Part shown: positions 36,085 to 47,477 of the stretch, in pieces
Position numbering within the stretch: the stretch's first letter is position 1
How the letters are laid out: each line of letters starts with the position of its first letter
Assembly: GCA_009692425.1 (NCBI GenBank)
Contig: SHZF01000006.1
Location: 5,704 to 69,703 of the forward strand
Direction: 5' to 3'
Length of the DNA stretch: 64,000 bases
Source: Myxococcales bacterium
Lineage (GTDB): Bacteria; Myxococcota_A; UBA9042
The notes under the pieces: model-generated
The model's database searches: none
Seen by the model: the letters and a program-made list of their open reading frames with translations, nothing else
What the model was told of the DNA's origin: nothing
Made by a program: the position numbers and the translations under genes

Positions 36085-36632
36085 GCGCTTGTGCGACCGC
36101 GGCGTCGGCGCGAACGAGGCACGGGCCTTCGACCGTGCTGGGACCGGTCGTCGGCTGGGCCTTGTTGCTGGCCGTCGCCGGGCTGCGTGCCGTGGTGCCT
36201 GCGCCCGATTTTGCAGGGGCCACGGCAGAGCCGCGCGCGAACGAGACCCGCCTTGCCGCCCGAGGTTGCCTCGACCCCGTCACTGCGACCGCCCCGCAAT
36301 GGCAGGCGCTGCCCGGCGTGCGCCGCAAGCTGGCCGAAGCCCTCGCGACGCGCTGCCGCGGCACGCTCGACTGCCGAGCAGGCGCTTTGCCGGACGGTGT
36401 GGGCGGCCTGGGCCCCGTGCTGCGCGCGCGGGTTGGTCCTTGGCTATGCCAGCGCGGTCCCGCCGGGCACCTTCTCGAGTTCGAAGGCGTCGTGAAGCAC
36501 GCGCACGGCCAGTTCCGTGTACCGATCATCGATCACGACGGAAATCTTGATCTCGCTGGTCGAGATCAAAAGGATGTTGATCCCTGCGTCGCCGAGAGCC
36601 TGGAACATGCGCAACGCCACGCCGGGCTGTGA
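36081..36632 (+). CDS. ComEA-like helix-hairpin-helix protein. The 3' extent is uncertain: the ORF as read overlaps the convergent lysC by 189 nt.
   Basis: The GTG start overlaps the radC TGA (GTGA). An N-terminal hydrophobic segment ([13 protein letters not shown]) is followed by [20 protein letters not shown], which resembles the ComEA HhH motif (LNTA..EEL..LPGIG...A..I). The first in-frame stop is at 36632. Confidence 0.35.
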   Translation: MSACATAASARTRHGPSTVLGPVVGWALLLAVAGLRAVVPAPDFAGATAEPRANETRLAARGCLDPVTATAPQWQALPGVRRKLAEALATRCRGTLDCRAGALPDGVGGLGPVLRARVGPWLCQRGPAGHLLEFEGVVKHAHGQFRVPIIDHDGNLDLAGRDQKDVDPCVAESLEHAQRHAGL

Positions 36633-37706
36633 CCGCATGCCGGCGCCGACGACCGAAACCTTGGCGACGCCCTTGTTACAGTCCAGCGTCGTGAAGCCGA
36701 TCGCGTCGTGCTGCGCGTTCATCAGTTCAACCGCGCGGTCGGCGACGTTGCCCGCCACCGTGAAGCAGACATCGGTGCGGCCGTGGATCGCCGGGTTCTG
36801 GATGATCACGTCGACGTTGATGTGATCGTTCGCGAGCGCGCGAAACAGTGCGGCGGCCTTGCCCGGCTGGTCCGGTACGCCGTGCACCGTGAGCCACGCC
36901 GTGTTGCGGTCGTGGGCGATGCCGATGACGACCGCCCCTTCCATCCCGCTCTGCATCGCTGCCTCCTGTGGATCGGCGTCCGGCACGACCCAACTGCCCG
37001 GGCCGTCCACGAATGTGGACAGGCAATGGATGCGGACCCTGTATTTCAAGGCGAATTCAACTGATCGCGCCTGCAGCACCTTGGCGCCGAGACTGGCGAG
37101 TTCGAGCATCTCCTCGCACGAGATCACGTCGATGCGGCGTGCCTTGGCGTACACATTGGGGTCGGTCGTGTAGATGCCGTCGACGTCGCTGTAGATTTCG
37201 CAGGCATCGGCCTGCACCGCCGCCGCCAACGCAACCGCCGACAAGTCGCTGCCGCCGCGGCCGAGCGTGGTGATGTTGCCTGCCGCATCGACGCCCTGGA
37301 AGCCGGCCACGACCACGATCGCCCCGTCCGCCAGCGCTTCTTGCACCGGCTCGGCGTCGATCGTCTGGATGCGAGCCTGGCCATGGGAGCTGTCGGTTTC
37401 GATCCGCACCTGGTGGCCCAGAAAGCTGCGCGCGTCGGCCCCTTGCTCCTGCAGCGCCAAGGCCAGCAGCGCGATCGATACCTGCTCTCCGGTCGCAAGC
37501 AGCACGTCGATTTCGCGATCGTGTGGCTTCTTCGTCAGCTGGCTGGCGAGTTGGAGCAGGCGGTCGGTTTCACCGGCCATCGCCGACACCACGACGACGA
37601 CGCGGTGGCCGGCGCGGTGCGTTGCCAGCGCGCGGCGGGCGACGAGTTGGATGCGTTCGGCGCTGGCCATGGAGCTGCCGCCGAATTTCTGGACGATCAA
37701 GGACAT
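36444..37706 (-). CDS. lysC: Aspartate kinase
   Basis: [14 protein letters not shown]...[15 protein letters not shown]...two C-terminal ACT domains. Confidence 0.9.
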   Translation of the reverse strand: MSLIVQKFGGSSMASAERIQLVARRALATHRAGHRVVVVVSAMAGETDRLLQLASQLTKKPHDREIDVLLATGEQVSIALLALALQEQGADARSFLGHQVRIETDSSHGQARIQTIDAEPVQEALADGAIVVVAGFQGVDAAGNITTLGRGGSDLSAVALAAAVQADACEIYSDVDGIYTTDPNVYAKARRIDVISCEEMLELASLGAKVLQARSVEFALKYRVRIHCLSTFVDGPGSWVVPDADPQEAAMQSGMEGAVVIGIAHDRNTAWLTVHGVPDQPGKAAALFRALANDHINVDVIIQNPAIHGRTDVCFTVAGNVADRAVELMNAQHDAIGFTTLDCNKGVAKVSVVGAGMRSQPGVALRMFQALGDAGINILLISTSEIKISVVIDDRYTELAVRVLHDAFELEKVPGGTALA

Positions 37707-37722
37707 GTGGCGGTCGAAGGGT

Positions 37723-38697
37723 TCAGGGCCTGGCGGGCTGGACTTCGCTGAGCACCGCGAACTTCACGGTGGCGGGATGCGGCGTGATCGACAGGCCCTT
37801 GCTGACCGCTGCCGTCAGGCGTGCGGTGCGTTCGCTGCGGGCGATCGGCCCACCGACCTCGGCCACGACGAGGAACTGTGGAGGCTGGCGCACGAACGTC
37901 GCCACGGCGCGAGCGAGGCCTTCAACGCGCACGGCGACGTCCGCAGGGTCCACAATGCAGCGGCTGCCATCGGGGCAACCGCGCACCGAAACCGGCACGC
38001 CCGGCAGCGTGCGCTCGACGTCGCCTTCGTCGAGGTGCACCGACACAGTCACTTGATCCGCTCCCAAGCGCACAAGGTGTTCTGCCGGCGGCAACAGGCT
38101 CGCGACGACGCGCAGGTCTACCTCGGTGCCGGCGAGATCGACGGGAGTGGCACGCACGGACGCCACGCGGCGGACCGCCGACGCCGGTCCCGACAGGCGC
38201 ACCCGGTCGGGGTCGACCCGCAGGCTGCGCGGTCCCGCGCGAAAGCCTGGCGCCGCTTCGCCGGTGGTCGACGCCTCGACAAGGACCATCCGCTCCTCCA
38301 GTTTCTCCAGCCGCACGTCGAACGCCGTCGGCGTTGCCGACACCACGTCGATGTGCCGAACCGGAAGCTGCTGTTCGATCGCGCGCGCCTCGAAGATGTA
38401 GCGCTCCCCGTTGCGGTACGCGCCGAGGTCCACGACCAGCCGCAAGCTTGGGTCGCCGAGCAACTCGCGCACCCCCGCCCAGCGGCCCCGTACGCGGATG
38501 CGCAGGCGCTCTGGTGCCGTGCCCGTGAACACCTCGCCACGCCGCTGGTTTGTCAATACGACCGGCACGTCGAAGTCGGCCTCGCGCACGCTGTCGCGCT
38601 GGACGACGAGGTGGACCAGCACCGCCAACAGGACCGCCAGCGCCTTCAACCCGAAGTTGTGCACAGCCAATTCGCGCAGGCGATGGAGTAGCTCCAT
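37723..38697 (-). CDS. cdaR: YbbR-domain protein (CdaR-like regulator of diadenylate cyclase)
   Basis: An N-terminal TM helix ([14 protein letters not shown]) followed by repeated YbbR-like beta-rich segments. The ATG overlaps the cdaA stop (TGATG). Start taken at MELLHRL. The upstream in-frame extension is Arg-rich junk. Confidence 0.65.
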   Translation of the reverse strand: MELLHRLRELAVHNFGLKALAVLLAVLVHLVVQRDSVREADFDVPVVLTNQRRGEVFTGTAPERLRIRVRGRWAGVRELLGDPSLRLVVDLGAYRNGERYIFEARAIEQQLPVRHIDVVSATPTAFDVRLEKLEERMVLVEASTTGEAAPGFRAGPRSLRVDPDRVRLSGPASAVRRVASVRATPVDLAGTEVDLRVVASLLPPAEHLVRLGADQVTVSVHLDEGDVERTLPGVPVSVRGCPDGSRCIVDPADVAVRVEGLARAVATFVRQPPQFLVVAEVGGPIARSERTARLTAAVSKGLSITPHPATVKFAVLSEVQPARP

Positions 38698-39692
38698 CAC
38701 GGCAAGCCTCCTTCGTCGCCGGCGGGCGCGGTCGGTTCGTGGGTTGCAACGGCCGGCACTTGGCTCGCCTGGGCCGGCTCCGGACCCGATTCGACGCGCG
38801 GCAGCTGCTGCGTCGGGCGCGCCGGTCGCGGTGCCGTGGCGGCGGGCCCGTGCACGTGGATGCGGCGGCGCCACGCCCGCTGCCATGGCGCCTGAGTGTC
38901 CGACTGGTCGCCGAATAGCAGGCGAAAGCGTTCGCGCAGGTCGGCCGGCGTCAGGTTCAGGTCGAGTTGGCCCATGTATGCCAGCGAACAGGTGCTCGTC
39001 TCTTCCGACACGATCACCACGACGGCATCGGTCTCGTCCGCCAGGCCCAATGCGGCCCGGTGGCGCGACCCGAGCGTGCCGGGGATGCCCGCGCCACCGG
39101 CAAGCGGCAAGAAGCACGCCGCCGCCGCCACACGCCCCTTCTGGATGATGACTGCGCCATCATGCGTCGCATTCGTGTGCTCGGGGATGAAAAGTGCCAG
39201 CAGCAGCTGCCACGAGACGTTGGCCTGCACCTTGACCCCGTCCTCGACGAACCGATCCAGCGGCGCCTCCTGCTCGATGACGATCAGCGCGCCGAGTTGG
39301 CGGCGGCTGAGTTCGGTCGTGGCGCGCAACACCTCTTCGAGCATCTCGCTGGCGGCCGGGTTGCTCGTCGAGAACACGATCGGCGCCCGGATGAACGATG
39401 TCAGCGCGCGGCGGATGTCGTCTTGGAACAAGATCGCCAGCAGCACGACGATCGAGGTGATGAAGCGGTCGAGCAACCAGTTGACCGTTGGCAGGTCGAG
39501 CACCTGATCCTGGCTCACCCAATACACGCCGAACAGCATCGCGATCGCGACCAGCATCGCGCCGGAGCGGGAGCCGCGCAGCAACCGCAGCAACTGGTAG
39601 ATGAGGATCGCGACCAGCGTGATGTCGAGCAGCCAACGCCAGCTCAGCAGCTTGGGCAGCAGCAGCTCGAAGCTTGTCACGCTACCTCCCAA
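38697..39692 (-). CDS. cdaA: Diadenylate cyclase (DisA_N domain), membrane-anchored CdaA type
   Basis: Three N-terminal TM helices, then HDGAVIIQKGRVAAAACFLPL....GSRHRAALG....VVVIVSEETS, the DAC-domain motifs (DGA, RHRAA). Confidence 0.8.
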   Translation of the reverse strand: MGGSVTSFELLLPKLLSWRWLLDITLVAILIYQLLRLLRGSRSGAMLVAIAMLFGVYWVSQDQVLDLPTVNWLLDRFITSIVVLLAILFQDDIRRALTSFIRAPIVFSTSNPAASEMLEEVLRATTELSRRQLGALIVIEQEAPLDRFVEDGVKVQANVSWQLLLALFIPEHTNATHDGAVIIQKGRVAAAACFLPLAGGAGIPGTLGSRHRAALGLADETDAVVVIVSEETSTCSLAYMGQLDLNLTPADLRERFRLLFGDQSDTQAPWQRAWRRRIHVHGPAATAPRPARPTQQLPRVESGPEPAQASQVPAVATHEPTAPAGDEGGLP

Positions 39693-39704
39693 CAGGCTGC
39701 TGCG

Positions 39705-40568
39705 TCAGCCGGCGTCGCGAATCGCCTTAGCCACATCGACGACCTCTCGCAGTGCGGCGACGTCGTGCACGCGCACGAACGCGGCTCCGGCGAGTACGGC
39801 GGCCGTCACCGCGGCGGCCGTAGCGAAGAGCCGGTCACGCGGCCCCGGCGCGGGCCGTCCGGCGGCGGCAACCACACCACCGAGAAACGACTTGCGCGAG
39901 GGACCCAGATACAGCGGCAGCCCGAGGGATTCAAGGGCTGGTTGACGCCGCAACAGCGCGAGGTTCTGGGCCAGGCTCTTGCCGAAGCCGAGACCGGGAT
40001 CGATCGAGAGCTGCGTGCGCGCCACGCCGGCGGCCTGCGCCCGGGCCACGGCTCCGGCCAGCCCCGCCGCGATGACGTGCACCGCGCCTTCGACGTCGTC
40101 TGGCAACGCTTCGGCGCGGGTCGTCCAGCCCATCGCAGCCGGCGCAATCGGACAATGCATGAGAACCCACGCGGCGCCCGCAGCCGCGACGACCGCGCCC
40201 ATCGCGGGGTCGCCGAAGCCGCTCCCGTCGTTGACCATGACGGCACCCGCCCGCAGCGCGGCGGCGGCGACCGCTGCGTGGCGCGTGTCGACCGCGATCG
40301 GCACGGATACGCGCTGCCGCAAGGCCAAGATGGCGGGCACGACGCGTGCCAACTCCAACTCGACGCTCACAGGTGCCGCGCCCGGCCGGGTCGACTCGCC
40401 GCCCACATCCAGCAGGTCGGCTCCTGCCAGCGCCAGTTCCGCCCCGCGCGCCGCCACCGCGGCGGGGTCTGCCAATTCGCCGCCGTCGGAGAACGAGTCG
40501 GGCGTGGCGTTGAGGATGCCCACGAGGTACGGGCGCCTGAGGTCCAAGGTGGTGTCGCCCAAGTGCAT
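39705..40568 (-). CDS. folP: Dihydropteroate synthase
   Basis: LVGILNATPDSFSDGG....DLLDVGGESTRPGA...VPISVDT...MVNDGSGF (pterin-binding motifs). Start at MHLGDTT. The upstream ORF extension is repeat-derived junk. Confidence 0.85.
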   Translation of the reverse strand: MHLGDTTLDLRRPYLVGILNATPDSFSDGGELADPAAVAARGAELALAGADLLDVGGESTRPGAAPVSVELELARVVPAILALRQRVSVPIAVDTRHAAVAAAALRAGAVMVNDGSGFGDPAMGAVVAAAGAAWVLMHCPIAPAAMGWTTRAEALPDDVEGAVHVIAAGLAGAVARAQAAGVARTQLSIDPGLGFGKSLAQNLALLRRQPALESLGLPLYLGPSRKSFLGGVVAAAGRPAPGPRDRLFATAAAVTAAVLAGAAFVRVHDVAALREVVDVAKAIRDAG

Positions 40569-40613
40569 CGCGCTTCCTTGCCCGGAGCGGACGCCAGCGC
40601 CCCGAGCGCACCC

Positions 40614-40685
40614 CGTGCCCCGATCGCCTCCCGTGCCCCGATCGCCTCCCGTGCCCCGATCGCCTCCCGTGCCCCGATCACCCGG
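40614..40685. repeat. 18-bp tandem repeat CGTGCCCCGATCGCCTCC, about 3.7 copies, in the ftsH-folP intergenic spacer
   Basis: Counted directly in lines 40561-40690. Three perfect copies, and a fourth ending ...GATCAC. Confidence 0.9.
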
Positions 40686-40695
40686 GCCGACGCCG

Positions 40696-42609
<1,914 letters not shown>

Positions 42610-42706
42610 GGACTTGTAGTGTTTCAACGCGCGCTCCGTCGGCCGGGGGCAGTCGCCCACGCTTGGCTGCAGCGGGCCTGTTGCGCAAACACCGCCGTCC
42701 TGCAAG

Positions 42707-43753
42707 TTAGTCCGCAGGGGCGGGGTCCGCAACGTCGCGGGCGACGATTCGCCACCCGGTGCCCGCCGTCGTGACAAGCAACCCATGAACATAACATGGA
42801 GTTCGTCGGCCCCGTTGGTGCCAGCGCCACACGTTGTCGAGCGCGCGCAAGCTCGGCGCCGCTGTGCCCAATCGGGACGCCAGGTGGCGCACCAGCGCGA
42901 GCGCGCAGGGCCGGTCGAGCGCAACCCCAGCAAGATCGACGACCATGGACCTGTGGGCCGGATCCTCGACGATGCGGGTCCCGAGCGCGAGCCGAATCCA
43001 CCCGTCGAGCGCGCCATCGTGCTGCGCCAGGGCGTCGGCGGTGCGCGCCAGTCCGCGGACGGCACCCGGCAGGGCCCGTTCAAGTGCCGGCAGGGCATCG
43101 CTGCGCACCCGCGTTCGCGCATGGCGAGCATCGCGATTCATCGGGTCGAGGTCGGCCGTCGCAAGCCAACCCGCCCACCGTGCCCACGCGGCGAGTTGGG
43201 AACGGTCGAGATCGAGGGCCGGTCGCACGACCCCGTCTTCGCGCATCCGACGTATCCCGGCCAGCGCGTCGGGCCCCGCTCCGCGCGCCATCCGCAACAG
43301 CAACGTCTCTGCGAGGTCGTCTGTGTGGTGCGCAGTCGCTGCGCACGCGCAACCGAGGTCGCCGCGCACGCGAGCCAGCGCCCGGTAGCGTTCATCGCGT
43401 GCTCGCGCCTCCACCTGCGCCCCCGGCGTCAGGACGACACGTACAACGGCAACGGGCAGCGCGAGCGACTCGGCCAGCAAGCGGACTTGGGCAGCCACGG
43501 CGCCGCTTTCGGGCCGCAGTCCGTGGTCCACGTGCGCCACCGCAAGGGTGTGCCCGAGCGAAGGCTGCAGCGCCACCAGCAGCGCGAGCAGGCCCATCGA
43601 ATCCGGGCCGCCGCTGCACGCGACCAGCACGCGGTCGCCCGGATGCCACAAGCCATGGCTGCGGACCGCTCGCCGCACCATGTCGAGCGACTGGCGCAAG
43701 GGCCGCGCGTGTGGCAGGTCGGCGGGAGTTGCGGGCGTGCGATCCGGTTCCAT
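42707..43753 (-). CDS. tilS: tRNA(Ile)-lysidine synthetase
   Basis: PP-loop [15 protein letters not shown]...[10 protein letters not shown]. It sits in the conserved tilS-ftsH order. It occupies the lower part of the long minus ORF 42707-45628, whose upper part is an antisense artefact. Confidence 0.8.
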   Translation of the reverse strand: MEPDRTPATPADLPHARPLRQSLDMVRRAVRSHGLWHPGDRVLVACSGGPDSMGLLALLVALQPSLGHTLAVAHVDHGLRPESGAVAAQVRLLAESLALPVAVVRVVLTPGAQVEARARDERYRALARVRGDLGCACAATAHHTDDLAETLLLRMARGAGPDALAGIRRMREDGVVRPALDLDRSQLAAWARWAGWLATADLDPMNRDARHARTRVRSDALPALERALPGAVRGLARTADALAQHDGALDGWIRLALGTRIVEDPAHRSMVVDLAGVALDRPCALALVRHLASRLGTAAPSLRALDNVWRWHQRGRRTPCYVHGLLVTTAGTGWRIVARDVADPAPAD

Positions 43754-43843
43754 GGCGACCGCGACTGGCGAAGGTGGGAATCTCATTGCACCGCATGCGC
43801 GCCGCGGCGTACACTTTTTGCCCTTGCCGCCGAGGCCTCTCCG

Positions 43844-45595
43844 ATGCCGAACAACCTGCTGCCCGTGCCAGACGCGGTCGTTGCTCCCCCTGCGCCGCTG
43901 CGTCGCTGGCCGAAACTGCCCGCGACGCCCCACGCTGTCGCATCGGCCCAGTTGCCGGCGGACGCGGACCCCCGCCTGACTGCCTATGCCGCGGCCGTCC
44001 ATGCCAGCGGCGCGCCAACGCGGCACCTGTCGCTCGACGGACGGCCGATCGACGCCTGCTACCTGCCTGCCCGCCCCGACGTGGGCCACTTCGAGCAGGT
44101 CGGCGTGCCCGGCCAGTACCCGTACACGCGCGGCGTCCACGGCGACATGTACCGCGGCAAGCCTTGGACGATGCGCATGTTCGCCGGGTTCGGCACGCCT
44201 GAAGACACGAACCGGCGCTTCAAGTTCCTGCTCGCCCAGGGCCAGACCGGCCTGTCGACCGCATTCGACATGCCGACGCTGATGGGCTACGACCCCGACC
44301 ATCCGATGAGCGAGGGCGAAGTGGGGCGCGAAGGCGTGTCGGTGGCCCACCTCGGCGACATGGACCGGCTGTTTGCCGACATCCCGCTGGGAGACGTGAC
44401 CACGTCGATGACGATCAACGCGCCTGCGGTGGTGCTGTTGGCCCTGTACGTCGCGGTTGGCGAGCGCCGCGGCGTGCCCCACCACCGCATTGCGGGTACG
44501 CTCCAGAACGACATCCTGAAGGAATTCATCGCCCAAAAAGAGTGGATCAGCCCGCCGCGTCCGTCGATGCGCATCATTCGCGACATGCTGGCGTACTGCA
44601 CGCGCGAACTGCCGCGTTGGAACACGATCAGCATCAGCGGCTACCACATCCGCGAAGCCGGCGCGACGGCCGTGCAGGAACTCGCGTTCACGCTGGCCGA
44701 TGGCATCGGCTACGTGGAAGCGGGCCTCGAAGCCGGACTCGACGTCGATGCGTTCGCTCCGCGCCTGTCGTTCTTCTTCGACATCCATGACGATTTCTTC
44801 GAGGAGATCGCAAAGTTGCGCGCGGCGCGGCGGCTGTGGGCCCGGCTCATGAAGGAGCGCTACGGCGCCAAGAACCCGCGCTCGATGATGCTCCGCACGC
44901 ACTGCCAGACCGCCGGCGTGTCCCTGACGGCCCAGCAACCACTGAACAATGTCGTGCGCACGACCTGGCAGGCGCTCGCGGCCGTGCTCGGCGGTACGCA
45001 GTCGCTGCACACGAACAGCCTCGACGAGACCTACGCCTTGCCGACCGAAGACACCGCGAAGTTGGCATTGCGCACGCAGCAACTGCTGCTCGACGAGTCG
45101 GGCGTGGCCAACACGGTCGATCCCTTGGGTGGCTCGTGGTTCGTCGAGCACCTGACGGACCAGATGGAGGCCGAAGCGCTCGTCATCTTGAAGAAGATCG
45201 ACGACATGGGTGGTATCGTCCACGCGGTCGAAATCGGCTATCCGCAGCGCGAAATCGCCGAGTCCGCGTTCCGTTTCCAGCAGCGCGTGGAGTCGGGCGA
45301 GCGCGGCATCGTGGGCGTGAACCGCCATGTCGAGTCGGCGTCTGCCTCGATTCCGCTGCTGCACATCGACGCAGAAGTCGAGCGGGGTCAGTTGGCGCGC
45401 TGCCTGCAGTGGAAGCGCGACCGCAACGCGGCGGCCGCCCAAGCTGCCCTCGACGCCGTCAAGCGTGCGTGTGCATGCACCGAAAACGTCGTGCCGCCGA
45501 TTCTCGCCGCCGTGCACGCTGGGGTCACGGTCGGCGAGGTCAGCGACGCCTTTCGCCAAGTGTTCGGCGTGTACCGCGACCCGGCTTTCCTGTAG
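43844..45595 (+). CDS. Methylmalonyl-CoA mutase family protein, catalytic (substrate-binding TIM-barrel) domain only (584 aa), with no B12-binding domain
   Basis: [52 protein letters not shown]....HTNSLDE: the acyl-CoA mutase core. The protein ends right after the barrel plus linker, with no DxHxxG domain. Confidence 0.8.
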   Translation: MPNNLLPVPDAVVAPPAPLRRWPKLPATPHAVASAQLPADADPRLTAYAAAVHASGAPTRHLSLDGRPIDACYLPARPDVGHFEQVGVPGQYPYTRGVHGDMYRGKPWTMRMFAGFGTPEDTNRRFKFLLAQGQTGLSTAFDMPTLMGYDPDHPMSEGEVGREGVSVAHLGDMDRLFADIPLGDVTTSMTINAPAVVLLALYVAVGERRGVPHHRIAGTLQNDILKEFIAQKEWISPPRPSMRIIRDMLAYCTRELPRWNTISISGYHIREAGATAVQELAFTLADGIGYVEAGLEAGLDVDAFAPRLSFFFDIHDDFFEEIAKLRAARRLWARLMKERYGAKNPRSMMLRTHCQTAGVSLTAQQPLNNVVRTTWQALAAVLGGTQSLHTNSLDETYALPTEDTAKLALRTQQLLLDESGVANTVDPLGGSWFVEHLTDQMEAEALVILKKIDDMGGIVHAVEIGYPQREIAESAFRFQQRVESGERGIVGVNRHVESASASIPLLHIDAEVERGQLARCLQWKRDRNAAAAQAALDAVKRACACTENVVPPILAAVHAGVTVGEVSDAFRQVFGVYRDPAFL

Positions 45596-45670
45596 CCAGA
45601 ACAGTGGGTCGACGCCGTGTTTCCGCACGACGCCGTCTCCTGCCGCGTTCGTGCCCGGGTGCCCACGGGA

Positions 45671-47398
45671 TCAGTCGCCGACGAGCACGACGACCGCGAT
45701 CTGGCCGGCGCGGGTGCCGTGATCCTGCACCACGTGGAGACCGAGCCGCCGACCTTCCGGTGCCGTCACGATATCGGGCAATTGCAGCCGGCGCAGTTCG
45801 GGCAGCGACGCAGCCCACGCCCGGAGCCGGCCACGCAGCAAGCCCCGATCGCGCGCGGCGTCGAGCGCCTGGGCCGATGCGCCCTCGAGTTCTCCTTCGA
45901 GCACTCGTTCGGCAGCGAGCCGGGCGACGGCATCGAGCGACAGGTCAGGGTCCAGCCGGGGGAGCCCTTTTTCCGAGCGCTGCCGCTCGATTTCCGAATG
46001 CAATCGAGCCGCTTCCACCGACTCATCGATGTCGATGACCGGCCGCGAGAAGAGCTGTGTCAACCACCAGCGGCGCCGGCCCCCGTCCTGTTCCTCGCCC
46101 GCAACGCCCAGTCCGACATGCGTGAGGTCGGGGTCGAGCAGGTTGCGGCGGTGCCCCAGACTGTGCAGCAGGCCGAGTTCCGCCTCCCAGATCGACGTGT
46201 TGTGTGCCAGGTTCTCGGCCGACGCCACGGCGCGGTAGTTGGCCGCTTCCAGGCGCTGCACGTGCAGGCCGGTCGTGGGCGAGCGGTGGCCAAAGAAGCC
46301 GCGGTCGCGCATGTCGACGCTGTGGTTGCGCGCCACTGCTGCCAGCCCGTCGTCCCAACGCAACAGGGGCACCCCGTGGGCAACGCGGTCGCGGTTCAGG
46401 AGATCGAACGCCCAGCGCGCCGCCTCGTCGGCGCTCGTGAGATGCCCCTCATCCGGAGCCTGACGCGCAATCAAGCGGCGCGGAGGGGCCTGCCCGACGT
46501 AGACCCGGACCTGGACGACCTTGCCCGGTCCATCGGGCCCGGTGCCAACCAACTGCATCTCGAGTGCGCCGACGTGTGCGCCGACGTCTACTTCGACCGC
46601 GATCCGATCGCCGGAGCGCTCGAACCGGCCGTGATCGAAGCGACCGTCTGGCCACAATACGAGCGCTTGCAGATCGCTCCAGGTCTCGAGCAGGCGGCCG
46701 CGCATCGACCACGTACCGCCCAGCGCCGCCGTGGCGGGAAATGGCGCCAACTCGACCGGCATGCGCGTGCCGAGCACGCCGACGTGGCGCGGCAGGCGTT
46801 CCGCCGGGTTCCACACCTCGCCGACCCCGACCCGCAGGGGACCGGACCCCGAAGGTGGCTCTTGCAGCACGGCCGCAATCGCCTTGCGCAGCGATGCTTC
46901 GTCGTCGGTCGTCGTGCGCAGGTGCTGGAACACCGTGTCGCCTGCGATCGCTCCGCTGCCGGCAACCAGAAAGTCGCGGGCGTCGGCGGGCGACTCGGCG
47001 GCCGACTCCGAGGCCTGCACGACCAGTTCGCGCGCGGCGCGGCCAAGGTGGCGGTCGTACGTGGCGCGTCCCCGGGACAGTTCGCGCACGAGCGCGTCGT
47101 AGTGGTGGTCCGTCTCGTTGGCCGGCGCTGCCAGGTACGTCGATGCCGGCGGCTCGGACAGCACGACTTCGACGTCGCGCGTCGGCTCCGCGCGGCTCTC
47201 AGCGAGGGCGGGAGCCGCCGGTTCGCGCGCGACCGCCGTCGAAGCCTTGCGCGCCGAAGCCAGGCGCGGTGCCGATGGGGTCGGCTGGTGCCAAGCCAAA
47301 CCCGCGCGGGCGTTGTCGGGCGCGCGCGCGGCTCCCCACGCCGCCGCAGCAAGCACCGCCAGTGTCCCCGCGATCAAGAGGCGTCGGCCAGCACCCAT
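45671..47398 (-). CDS. Secreted protein with CAP/SCP/PR-1-like domain(s) (576 aa)
   Basis: Signal peptide MGAGRRLLIAGTLAVLAAAAWGAARA. CAP-like block GLAAVARNHSVDMRDRGFFGHRSP....AENLAHN. The start is the internal Met at 47398. The 45617-47863 plus ORF is an antisense artefact. Confidence 0.6.
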   Translation of the reverse strand: MGAGRRLLIAGTLAVLAAAAWGAARAPDNARAGLAWHQPTPSAPRLASARKASTAVAREPAAPALAESRAEPTRDVEVVLSEPPASTYLAAPANETDHHYDALVRELSRGRATYDRHLGRAARELVVQASESAAESPADARDFLVAGSGAIAGDTVFQHLRTTTDDEASLRKAIAAVLQEPPSGSGPLRVGVGEVWNPAERLPRHVGVLGTRMPVELAPFPATAALGGTWSMRGRLLETWSDLQALVLWPDGRFDHGRFERSGDRIAVEVDVGAHVGALEMQLVGTGPDGPGKVVQVRVYVGQAPPRRLIARQAPDEGHLTSADEAARWAFDLLNRDRVAHGVPLLRWDDGLAAVARNHSVDMRDRGFFGHRSPTTGLHVQRLEAANYRAVASAENLAHNTSIWEAELGLLHSLGHRRNLLDPDLTHVGLGVAGEEQDGGRRRWWLTQLFSRPVIDIDESVEAARLHSEIERQRSEKGLPRLDPDLSLDAVARLAAERVLEGELEGASAQALDAARDRGLLRGRLRAWAASLPELRRLQLPDIVTAPEGRRLGLHVVQDHGTRAGQIAVVVLVGD

Positions 47399-47477
47399 GC
47401 AGCCACGGTAGGGCTGCCGCGCGGCCGATGCAACCATTTTGGCGTGTGCAGAGGCGCCGCGGGCACAGGCGGGCCCC

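Noticed and set aside
43754-45628. Upper part of the 973-aa minus ORF 42707..45628
   Set aside because: Only the 3' 349 codons (tilS) are real. The remainder is antisense to the mutase gene.
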